DNA from: Guillardia theta CCMP2712
Taxonomy: Eukaryota > Protista > Cryptophyta
DNA length: 64,000 nucleotides
Direction of reading: 5' to 3'
NCBI RefSeq assembly: GCF_000315625.1
Contig: NW_005434664.1
Coordinates: 229,236 to 293,235, forward strand
Shown: piece after piece, positions 11,273 through 20,075 of the stretch
Position numbering within the stretch: the stretch's first letter is position 1
How the letters are laid out: the number at the start of each line of letters is the position of its first letter
Translations under genes and position numbers: made by a program
The notes under the pieces: generated by a model
Seen by the model: the letters and a program-made list of their open reading frames with translations, nothing else
What the model was told of the DNA's origin: nothing
Databases searched by the model: none

Positions 11273-11526
11273 GCCTGCTGCTGAGGGAGCTGTGGGTGCG
11301 GAGGAGAGGCTGGAAGCTGCGGATCAAGGGAGTGGTGGGGCGGGGCAAGCCTCCGTAAGGGGTTTGAAAGACGCGACTGCTCTTGCGAGGGTCAAGAGAA
11401 GATAGAAGCCCGCCTCAGACCTTGAAGAGATCTAGAAGTTTCTTTAAAGGGTCGGAGACGTGTGGACGTAAGCAAGGCATCTTGTAACAAGGTTCTCTTT
11501 CCACCGCATCGCGAGGACGCAGACCC

Positions 11527-11865
11527 ATGCCCTGCTCCGTCTCCCTCGTCGACCTCTCCCTCTCCCGCGCCCTCCCTCCCTCTCGTCCCCGCCCTTCCCT
11601 CAAGCTCTCTCCCGCTCAGCAGGCCTTCGTCGACGCCCACAGGCCCTCGGGCAGCCGGATGGAGGAGGAGCTGCCGGCGGGGGCAGTGAGAGTGAAGTCG
11701 GGAGGGGAGGGGGTGATGGCGGGAGTGATGGAGGCGAGGAGGCGAGGCGTGCGGGTATCAGCGGAGGACATCAGGGAGGAGCGAGGAGGGCCGATGAGGA
11801 GGAAGTGGTGCTGTATGGCTGGAGGATCGTTTCAAGATGTGACGACTGCAGCGGAAGCTTGGTAG
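11527..11865 (+). CDS. Family A copy A3 (112 aa), divergent from B1 across 254 bp
   Basis: N-terminal ~90 aa are nearly identical to A1. It has a distinct C-terminus (RRKWCCMAGGSFQDVTTAAEAW) and a distinct upstream sequence. Confidence 0.75.
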   Translation: MPCSVSLVDLSLSRALPPSRPRPSLKLSPAQQAFVDAHRPSGSRMEEELPAGAVRVKSGGEGVMAGVMEARRRGVRVSAEDIREERGGPMRRKWCCMAGGSFQDVTTAAEAW

Positions 11866-12350
11866 CTCAGCATCAACGCATGACGGTCTTATGCTGAGAG
11901 AGCTTACTCAGTCTAGTACAATACAGGCAAGACATCGTGGACTGAGTGTGACATTCGCTCGTGACCGATACACCATTGATCGACAATCCTTGTCCCTTAT
12001 GACGTGTTGAGTGCGATGCCTGATGACCTGAGATCGGACTTGTGACATCAAGTCGATCGCACATCTTAACTGGTGGGCTGACATCGTCGCACGGATATGT
12101 TTCCCTGCTTGCTGTTGCTTGTGCTCAAGAGGTCGAAAGAGTGTGGCAGGTGCATCTCACGGACTGGATTGAACATCCCGATATGTCATCGCCACATGGG
12201 ATGTCAAGTATGCAGTGCGACTGGTTTTGCAGCAGAGTCCGACGATTCCCCTTATCGTCTCCTCCTGCGCACCCGCATCGCACAACACAACACTTCATAC
12301 AAACAATATTCAAGCTATCTAACAAACACACCCTTCTTCATGCTCGCCCT

Positions 12351-12637
12351 TCACTGCATCCCAGCGTAGAACGATGTTGGCCCACTCTTGGCTGCCGCCT
12401 TAGCGCCCTTGGCAGCCTTGCCCTTCCCTTTCGCTGTCTTCACGCCAGAAAGAGGCAAGAGGGTCATTGCTCCTGCAAACGCGTTCAGTGCGCTCAGCTG
12501 CATGACAAGGGGACAGACCAGCTTCAGGTGGAACGTCTGGCCCGAGACTGGTGCAATCCCGGACATAGCCGTTATGTCCAGAAAGATTGATGCCCCCGTC
12601 AGCATCTGCGCGACACCACATCATGCAAACAGACGAT
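12351..12637 (-). pseudogene. Duplicated last exons of the gene ending at 5796
   Basis: Inverted copy that begins inside an intron of the source gene, with no upstream exons. Confidence 0.55.
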
Positions 12638-12814
12638 GAACGCTGCTTGGAGTACAAGGATTTGAAGGTTAACGAGATGAGTGGCAGGAACTAAAAGTTT
12701 ATTTGACAGTGTAGCATAGTCTTGAAGTGAGTTAACAAGCACCTACTACACACATACATTGTGTATATCCAAAATTCCTTCTCGCAGACTCTTTCTCCCG
12801 TAAAACTCCAACCT

Positions 12815-13180
12815 TCAGGTCCTCCACGCCCCCGCTGCCTCCGCCACATCCTTGAACGACCCCCTTGCCCCCAAGCTCTTCTTGCTTGCCAGCATAAGCC
12901 TCCTCCCTTCCATCGGCCCTCCTCGCTCCTCCCCGATGTCTTCCGCTGATACCCGCACGCCTCGCCTCCTCGCCTCCATCACTCCCGCCATCACCCCCTC
13001 CCCTCCCGACTTCACTCTCACTGCCCCCGCCGGCAGCTCCTCCTCCATCCGGCTGCCCGAGGGCCTGTGGGCGTCGACGAAGGCCTGCTGAGCGGGAGAG
13101 AGCTTGAGGGAAGGGCGGGGACGAGAGGGAGGGAGGGCGCGGGAGAGGGAGAGGTCGACGAGGGAGACGGAGCAGGGCAT
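12815..13180 (-). CDS. Family A copy A4 (121 aa)
   Basis: Identical to A1 except DVAE for DVTE. Confidence 0.75.
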   Translation of the reverse strand: MPCSVSLVDLSLSRALPPSRPRPSLKLSPAQQAFVDAHRPSGSRMEEELPAGAVRVKSGGEGVMAGVMEARRRGVRVSAEDIGEERGGPMEGRRLMLASKKSLGARGSFKDVAEAAGAWRT

Positions 13181-13996
13181 GGGTCAGCGGTGCGGGCGGC
13201 TGCAGCTGTCGGAGCAGGAGCGTCGAGGTCTGATATGAAGGCAGAGCCCTCGAGATGCGGAGGTCTGCACCGAGATGCGTGGGGGTCAAAACCTCTTACA
13301 GGGCTGTCACGATACCGAGATAAGCCTGCTTCAAACGCTTTGACTGTGAGCGTCGATGACCGCTGCATCTGATCCCCTGGTCTCGGAGGCCACAGCCGAT
13401 CAAGGAGTGCTCGATCACAGACTCTACAATCAGTCTCAACTCGGTGTCACCAACCTACAGCACGGTGCGGATCTTTTACTCAAAGCGGATAGTTTAGTGA
13501 CACCCGGGTCACAAATCACTCAGTGTCTGTCGCCGAGCTGCCTGACGGGCCCCGGGGGCCCTTCAGTTTCGCTTTCCTAGCCGGAGCCAGTCACTGTCTC
13601 GACGAGCACACGCGGCAGCATACAAGAAGCTCAGCTACCCTTGACTCCCTCCCTTATCCATTGACATGTGCAGTCAGTCAGCTGCCACCGCACAATGATG
13701 CTTACGACTGTCACTGTATTGCCTGGCTGCGAGTCTCAAGAGCAGTCTCTGCTTCCACTCTCATGCTGCAGGAGCGAAGCTCCTCGTCCTCTACTGCCGA
13801 TCTAGTCCAGTGCCGTCTCCAACCAACCCAACGGCGATAACGCTTCGAGATTCATAGAGATGCTGATTGTTGCTCTTTGTGAATTGTTTATTCCTGCAAG
13901 CCCTATGTACTCTTAGCCTATTCGCAAACACACAAATACACCTATTGTACATCCCGCTCGCCTTGTCTCCCTGACTCGCCTGGCATTTGCCTCGCC

Positions 13997-14356
13997 TCAG
14001 CTCATCCACGCCCCCGCTGCCTCCGTCACATCCTTGAACGACCCCCGTGATCGCTTCCCGCTCCCAACCATGAGCCTCCTCCCTTCCATCGGCCTTCCTC
14101 GCTCCTCCCCGATGTCCTCCGCTGATACCCGCACGCCTCGCCTCCTCGCCTCCATCACTCCCGCCATCACCCCCTCCCCTCCCGACTTCACTCTCACTGC
14201 CCCCGCCGGCAGCTCCTCCTCCATCCGCCTGCCCGAGGGCCTGTGGGCGTCGACGAAGGCCTGCTGAGCGGGAGAGAGCTTGAGGGAAGGGCGGGGACGA
14301 GAGGGAGGGAGGGCGCGGGAGAGGGAGAGGTCGACGAGGGAGACGGAGCAGGGCAT
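13997..14356 (-). CDS. Family A copy A5 (119 aa)
   Basis: A2-type C-terminus with three substitutions relative to A2. Confidence 0.75.
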   Translation of the reverse strand: MPCSVSLVDLSLSRALPPSRPRPSLKLSPAQQAFVDAHRPSGRRMEEELPAGAVRVKSGGEGVMAGVMEARRRGVRVSAEDIGEERGRPMEGRRLMVGSGKRSRGSFKDVTEAAGAWMS

Positions 14357-15306
14357 GGGTCAGCGGTGCGGGGGGCTGCTGCTGTCGGAGCAGGAGCGTC
14401 GGGGTCTGATATAAAGGCTCTGCGATGCAAGGGGGCGGAGGAGATATGCATGTAAAAGGTATTATAAACGAGGAGATGCGGGGGCCTAATGTCACGGCGG
14501 TTCGGCCAACAGCTACGAGAGTCACGATACCAGTCGGTCGATCGCCTGTAAGGCCAGGCAGCAGCACGTCGGGAGAGCGAGTGTGGCCGGGTAGACCTCA
14601 CCGTTTGTTAGAGCTGCTTTTCTCTCAGTGTCTCGTAATGGCTGGGTTGAGATCTGCGGGCCAAGGCGGAACGTGACGTTTCGTGGAAGGGAGTAAAGTC
14701 TATCCCAAGTTACGGGGCTGTGTGTCACGTTTGAGGCGACTGGCCGGGTAGACTTCACCGTTTGGTAGAGGTGCATTCCTTCAGGCCAAGGCAGAACGTG
14801 ACGTTTGAAGTTTCGACGAATCGAGCGGCAGTCTAGAAAGATCTTACGAAGAGGGTGCTGATATTCCCAGTGTCACGCGTCAGTTTCACGTTCCGCAGAT
14901 CGGCCGGACTTCGGCGGGCCCGTCACCTTAGTCACTCACAGTACGGTCGGACACTGCCGACACCTCAGTGTGACGGAGCCTCGGCGGGAGCTGCGGAGCC
15001 TGTCACCGGGCACCCCGGTTGTGACTGCCAGGGCCACCTTCTTGGTCAGAGTCAGAGTGCGACTGTTCATTTTTCCGAATCATTAGGTAGAAACCTGCCA
15101 CGGTACTACCGGGTATGTTAAGTTACATCCGGAGCCTGGCACCTGTGTCACTGGCGAAGCTGCGGCGCCTACCGGTCACGGGCAGCCTGTTCGCCTTCCG
15201 CCTCCAACCACTGAGGATGCCCCAACTTAGAGTCAATCTTTATGTGTCATACTCCTTGACAACCTGATGGGTGTACTCTCTTTGCTAACTTCAGACCACT
15301 CACCTC

Positions 15307-17373
15307 TCATGGGCCCTCAGACGCTGCCGTTTCGCTTTTGATCTCTGGCAACGGATGAGCTACTCCTCCCTGTTTACTGTTCCCTCGCCCCTGTCTCCTC
15401 CAGTTTCCTTCTGCCCCTGCCTCTCCTCGAGCTGACGATCCTCGACTGCCATCCAGGGGAAGCTGGTAGGCCTCTCTCAGAGTCATCACAGAAGCTCCTT
15501 GCCGGAAGAGGTTGTCTCCATGGCCCGGGCGGTTCACTATCGCCATGGCATCGGCTTCCGAGAGCTCCTTGAGAAGGAGAGCATAGCTGGTGTCGTCCAG
15601 CCGACGGAGAGAAACCTTGCTGGGGGCAAACCAGCCACAAACATTCTTGATCGACGATTCGGAGGGGAGACCGATGACAACCAGGGTGGTCATGTCCTCA
15701 TCCAGGAGTCGGTCTTGCGCCTGATCCACACAGACTGATTTGAAGTTTCTTGGCACGTGCAGAACATTCCGGGCCTTGTCTCCATCTGATAAGACGTCCC
15801 TGAACATGTCCCCAAAGATACAGCCTGTTGCAAACGCATCCCAGCCGCTTTCGTGCAGCTTCTGGGAGGAATAATGTTTGAAGTCACTATGAAGGGACAC
15901 CCTACAGGCGGTTGAGGCATTCCGAGATCTCCTGTAAAGGTCCAAGAGGTTGGTGAGTTGGGCATCTTCTTGTTTGAAAGCCACGTGAGCAAGGTACTTG
16001 GTATCGTACACTTGGGGGAAGCTCCTGTGAACGATGCTTTTGAACTCCATCAGAGTGTTGGGCAGACGGCATTCAAAATGAGAGATCAGAAACATCAGGT
16101 CGTACAACCCGTTGTGTACCACCATGGGCTTCTTGCTTGATGACAGCACATTGAAAATGTGCCGAAACCCAAGACGAGATTGTAGGATCTGATGCGCTTT
16201 CTCTGTCGTACGCTTCCGCCAGCTCTCATCTCCCCGCGAGCAAACCAGCCGCATGACAAGAGGGTTGCAGGGCTCTTTCCTCGTCATCACAACCAGCTTC
16301 GGGTACTTCATCGCAACCTGCTGCTGCAGTGCAAGCCTGATGAAGGAGTTCGCACTGGGAAACATGTATTCTTCATTCCCCGCCTGCTCGCCTACACCAT
16401 TCATCCACGCATCCAGTCCATCCATGAGCCTGTTCAACAGAACAAGATCTCCCTCTCTTGTGATTGCAACAGGTCTGGACTGTCTGAACTCGCTCTTCTC
16501 CACTCCGAACTGTCTCATGACGTCATAGCGGACGTAGACCTCTCCAAGGGCATCGGTGTAAGGGATCCCATCGTAGAACCATCGGTTGAAGTCCAGCTGG
16601 CACTGCCCTATGTGAAACTCGTGGATGGTGTTGACGTCCAATGTTACCCGAGGGCTCGAGCTTGACCTGGAGGAGGGGAACACGAAGAAAGTGTAGGGTC
16701 TAGCGATCAACCCACCATTCTTCTCATCCTTGTGAAAGATGCACAGCCCTACAGATATGATGCTGTTCGAGGAAGCGACCTCTCGCATCTTCATGTACCG
16801 ATCTTCGAGGTCCTCCATCCATTGGAATTCGTCGTAGGTCTGCAACGAAGTCATCTCAAGGTCCAGAGTGTAAAATTCACAGGATGGCAGCATGCTCTCG
16901 ATCTGACTAGCAACTTGCGGGAACATCGAGCGATCGATGAAGGACTTCTTGGATTTTGCAGGTCTCCAAAGGCCGAAAGTTGATGACAATTCAGGGATAG
17001 ACTTGAGATAAGTCAAAGGGTTAACCCTCTTCGAGATGGACTTGCAGGCTTCGATCACAAGGCTTCCCACTCGTCTCAGCATCGAACTCTTTGGCATGGA
17101 GCGTCTTTCATGAACTTGATCCAACCTCCACTTGCTCGCCTCGTAGGTCGGCTTGCTGATCTTGTCAACTCCTCTGAGTTCGGTGGAGCATCGACTATGA
17201 TGGGTCCTATCCATGTCGACGGATTTCAGACCAGCATTGGAGTTGATTCTCACTGATAACGTTGGTGCCATCAACAGTAAACACATCAAGAACAAGCTGA
17301 GGGATGCCTTTGCTGATCGGCTGCAAGTCAGCATGCCTGCGAGGCGAAAGCTGCTTGCTAGCAAGGTTCCCAT
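15307..17373 (-). CDS. PARN: Poly(A)-specific ribonuclease (PARN-like, CAF1/DEDDh family) with a long N-terminal extension
   Basis: 688-aa uninterrupted ORF with motifs TLDLEMT (D,E), DFNRWFYDGIPY, R3H-like NSFIRLALQQ, VVHNGLYDL, YDTKYLA, LHESGWDAFATG, and an RRM-like C-terminal region. Confidence 0.9.
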   Translation of the reverse strand: MGTLLASSFRLAGMLTCSRSAKASLSLFLMCLLLMAPTLSVRINSNAGLKSVDMDRTHHSRCSTELRGVDKISKPTYEASKWRLDQVHERRSMPKSSMLRRVGSLVIEACKSISKRVNPLTYLKSIPELSSTFGLWRPAKSKKSFIDRSMFPQVASQIESMLPSCEFYTLDLEMTSLQTYDEFQWMEDLEDRYMKMREVASSNSIISVGLCIFHKDEKNGGLIARPYTFFVFPSSRSSSSPRVTLDVNTIHEFHIGQCQLDFNRWFYDGIPYTDALGEVYVRYDVMRQFGVEKSEFRQSRPVAITREGDLVLLNRLMDGLDAWMNGVGEQAGNEEYMFPSANSFIRLALQQQVAMKYPKLVVMTRKEPCNPLVMRLVCSRGDESWRKRTTEKAHQILQSRLGFRHIFNVLSSSKKPMVVHNGLYDLMFLISHFECRLPNTLMEFKSIVHRSFPQVYDTKYLAHVAFKQEDAQLTNLLDLYRRSRNASTACRVSLHSDFKHYSSQKLHESGWDAFATGCIFGDMFRDVLSDGDKARNVLHVPRNFKSVCVDQAQDRLLDEDMTTLVVIGLPSESSIKNVCGWFAPSKVSLRRLDDTSYALLLKELSEADAMAIVNRPGHGDNLFRQGASVMTLREAYQLPLDGSRGSSARGEAGAEGNWRRQGRGNSKQGGVAHPLPEIKSETAASEGP

Positions 17374-17629
17374 GGATCGCTCAGAGAGGCTATCATTCTT
17401 CCTCTAGTCTCCTGTATAGTTCCATCTACTCTTATGTCTTCTGTGCTGGCAGCAACTCCTTCTTTCCTCTCCCCCTCCCCTCATTATTGCCCATGTCCGT
17501 CGACATGGTGAACTTGGGACGAGGCCATTTGGAATCCGTCCCTTCCTCAGTTTCATTCATGAGGACAACTTGGTTTTAAAACTCTTCCTGTCATATTCAA
17601 AATTCTAATTGGGAATTTTGACAAGACTC

Positions 17630-18400
17630 AACAGTGACTCCGGGCCCGAGCGGTGACTCTCTCGTCAGCGACCGTACCCGGTGACCCGCCGGGCCGCCGC
17701 ACGCACTGCCCCACTGATGCAACCGGTTGAACCGGCCCGGGGATTTTTAATCAATCACGGCAGCCCGCGGCCGCCGGTAAACTTTGAAAGGCTCAGTGAG
17801 TCACTGTCCGACGGACCGTACTCACGGTCGCCGGCCCGCCCGCGCCGGCGCCGCGGCGCGGCCCGCCGGGGCCGGGGCCACTGGCGGCGGCAAGGGCCGG
17901 AAGTTTGAACTTGTTGAGTAACTGAGTCGACGAGCGGCGATCGGACCCGAGGCACCCCGTGACCGTGCCGTTCACTCACTCGGACCGTCGCCGGACGTTG
18001 CCAAGTTGAACCGTTGAACCGTGCCGGCCCGGCCCGGGCCGCGGCGCGTCCGACGGACCGTGCCAATACTACGGGCCGGGCGGCGCCGCGAGCCCGGCTC
18101 CGGCCCCCGGGAGCCCGGTGATCGGACAGCGGCCTCCGATGATGCCGCCGCCGCGGCGCGCAGTGCGCCGCGGGCCCGGGGCCCGCCCGGCCGGGACCCC
18201 AGGAGCGGCGCCCGGCCTGGTGATCGGACACTGCGGCGGCCCAGCCCGGTAAAACGGGCCCGTCAGGCTTGCCAAGAAGTTGCCGCGCCGGCGGCGAATA
18301 CTGAAATTGACCGGCACTCGAAGGTTGCGAGGCTGTATCGGAGCCTCGGAGGCAACCGTTGCAACCGTTGGCTGTAAGCCCCCCGCTGGTTTGTCGGGGA
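17630..18400. promoter_or_regulatory. Very GC/CpG-rich non-coding island
   Basis: Dense ggcccggg, ccgcgg, gtgact and aaccgtt words, lying between the divergent PARN and B2 genes. Similar islands occur at ~14880-15180, 19770-20030 and 49630-50900. Confidence 0.4.
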
Positions 18401-18596
18401 GCAGTCACGAGACGGCAGGGTCGAGATGGTCTAGAAGGTTCTTACGAAGGGTCAGACGGCCTTCTACCCCGAAGAAGATTCAAAATTAAAAACAAATATC
18501 CGGGGAGATACCTGGGAGATACCCTCGACTTCTTCATCTCGCCCTCCTCTGCAGCCTGCTCTGCAGCCTCGTGCTACTGGTATCATCCGCCACAGC

Positions 18597-18944
18597 ATGA
18601 CACGCGTCCTCGCCATCACCATCGTCGACCTCCCTCCCTCTCCCCCCTCCCCTCCCCGTCGCCCCTCCCGCCCCTGCTTCAGACTCTCCCCCTCCCAGCA
18701 GGCATACCTCGATGCTCAGGTGCCCACGTCGCCGTGTGCGGAGGAGGCGAGGCAGCCTGCAGGGAGAGGTGTGAGGGTGGAGTCGGAGGGGAAGGAGCTG
18801 ATGCAGGGAGTGATGGAGGCGAGGAAGGCAGCAGCAGGGCTCAAGAAGGGACGACAGGAGGGAACGGGCGCGAGCTGGCGGAGCCAAGTGTTTGCGGAGT
18901 CCTTCGAGGACGTGACGGCGGGGGCACTGGAGTTTCATGCATGA
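18597..18944 (+). CDS. Family B copy B2 (115 aa)
   Basis: MTRVLAITIVDLPP...VFAESFEDVTAGALEFHA*, a paralog of B1. Confidence 0.75.
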   Translation: MTRVLAITIVDLPPSPPSPPRRPSRPCFRLSPSQQAYLDAQVPTSPCAEEARQPAGRGVRVESEGKELMQGVMEARKAAAGLKKGRQEGTGASWRSQVFAESFEDVTAGALEFHA

Positions 18945-19346
18945 GCAAGAAGGGGAGTGTCGGAAGACAGTTGCAGCCTTGACGCGAATTGAGGATGTAC
19001 GATGTAGGATAGATGTAAGTTAAGCGAGGGAACGATTGAATAAATTCATTTATACAATCATACAATTCTGATAACCTTTCAATGTGCATGTTTAAACCTC
19101 TACAGTTGTGAAAAACAGCCTTGAAATGTGCATGAATACATGATGTCAATATCAAATTCCTTCAAATCAGTTGTTCGAATACCTTTTTTCGCTTGGAATT
19201 GTGAAATTATTTTGGCTGTTGTGAAACACAAATCAAAAGGTTCGCCCGAGTTGAAATACACTCATATCACTATGTTTATTCCCATGCTTGAGCTTACATC
19301 TATCGTACATCGTACCTTCCCCACCTCTATTTAGCTTGATCAAAGC

Positions 19347-19693
19347 TCATGCATGAAACTCCAGTGCCCCCGCCGTCACGTCCTCGAAGGACTCCGCAAA
19401 CACAGTGATCCGCCAGCTCGCGCTCGTCCTCCCCTGTCTCCCCTTCTTGAGCCCTGCTGCTGCCTTCCTCGCCTCCATCACTCCCCGCATCAGCTCCTTC
19501 CCCTCCGACTCCACCCTCACACCTCTCCCTGCCGGCTGCCTCGCCTCCTCCGCACACGGCGATAGGGCGCGTGAGCATCGAGGTATGCCTGCTGGGAGGG
19601 GGAGAGTCTGAAGCAGGGGCGGGAGGGGCGACGAAGAGGGGAGGGGGGAGAGGGAGGGAGGTCGACGATGGTGATGGCGAGGACGCGTGTCAT
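19347..19693 (-). pseudogene. Family B copy B3 with a 1-bp frameshift; inverted partner of B2
   Basis: 347 nt versus 348 nt for B1 and B2. It reads 'gcgccctatcg' where B1 reads 'gcgccctcatcg'. The N- and C-terminal halves fall in different ORF-track frames. Confidence 0.8.
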
Positions 19694-20075
19694 GCGAGGG
19701 AGAGTCTGTTGCAGTCGTGTTGAAGTTGCACGAGCTCGTTGAGGAGTAAGCAAGGGCCACTGGACTGGTGATCCCCGGGACTGCAAGTTTGACTGTCAGC
19801 GCCAGCTCAGCGGCTGTAAGTCTCTACGGCAGTACCGGACCAAGTTTCCAAACGGTGTATGTTTTAATGGGCCTCCGGAACCTTCGGAAGTTCCGACCGA
19901 CTCGGAGTCGGCCGGTAGTTGCCGCCGCCCCGGCGACCGCAGTGAGCGGCGAGAGCGGCGCCGTGGTGACCGGGCCGGGCGGCCACGGCCGGGCCGGGCC
20001 GGGCCGCGACTGATCAGTCAGGGCCGGATGAAAAAAAACGCGCGCAATTTTCAAGTTTGTGGCCTGCAGAATTTC

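Larger units (their letters stand above)
5510..12637. repeat. ~7-kb degenerate palindrome (large inverted duplication) with a ~0.9-kb central spacer
   Basis: 5510-6375 is the reverse complement of ~11770-12637. 6375-6576 matches rc ~10830-11030. ~7250-8330 matches rc ~9220-10400. The ORF track shows the same peptides on opposite strands (5542+/12351-, 7963+/9220-). Confidence 0.9.
9107..14857. repeat. ~1-kb direct duplication: 9107-10110 and 13884-14857 (gene plus upstream module and 3' flank)
   Basis: Near-identical sequence. ORFs 9220- and 13997- are both 119 aa with the same C-terminus. The second copy lacks part of one upstream repeat unit. Confidence 0.9.

Noticed and set aside
15307-17373. 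Functional link between PARN and the flanking small-gene cluster
   Set aside because: Adjacency only; eukaryotic neighbourhood alone is weak evidence.
18597-18944. Family B as a phycobiliprotein alpha subunit (ITIVD versus ITIFDHRGC)
   Set aside because: No DHRGC chromophore motif and no tripartite targeting leader.
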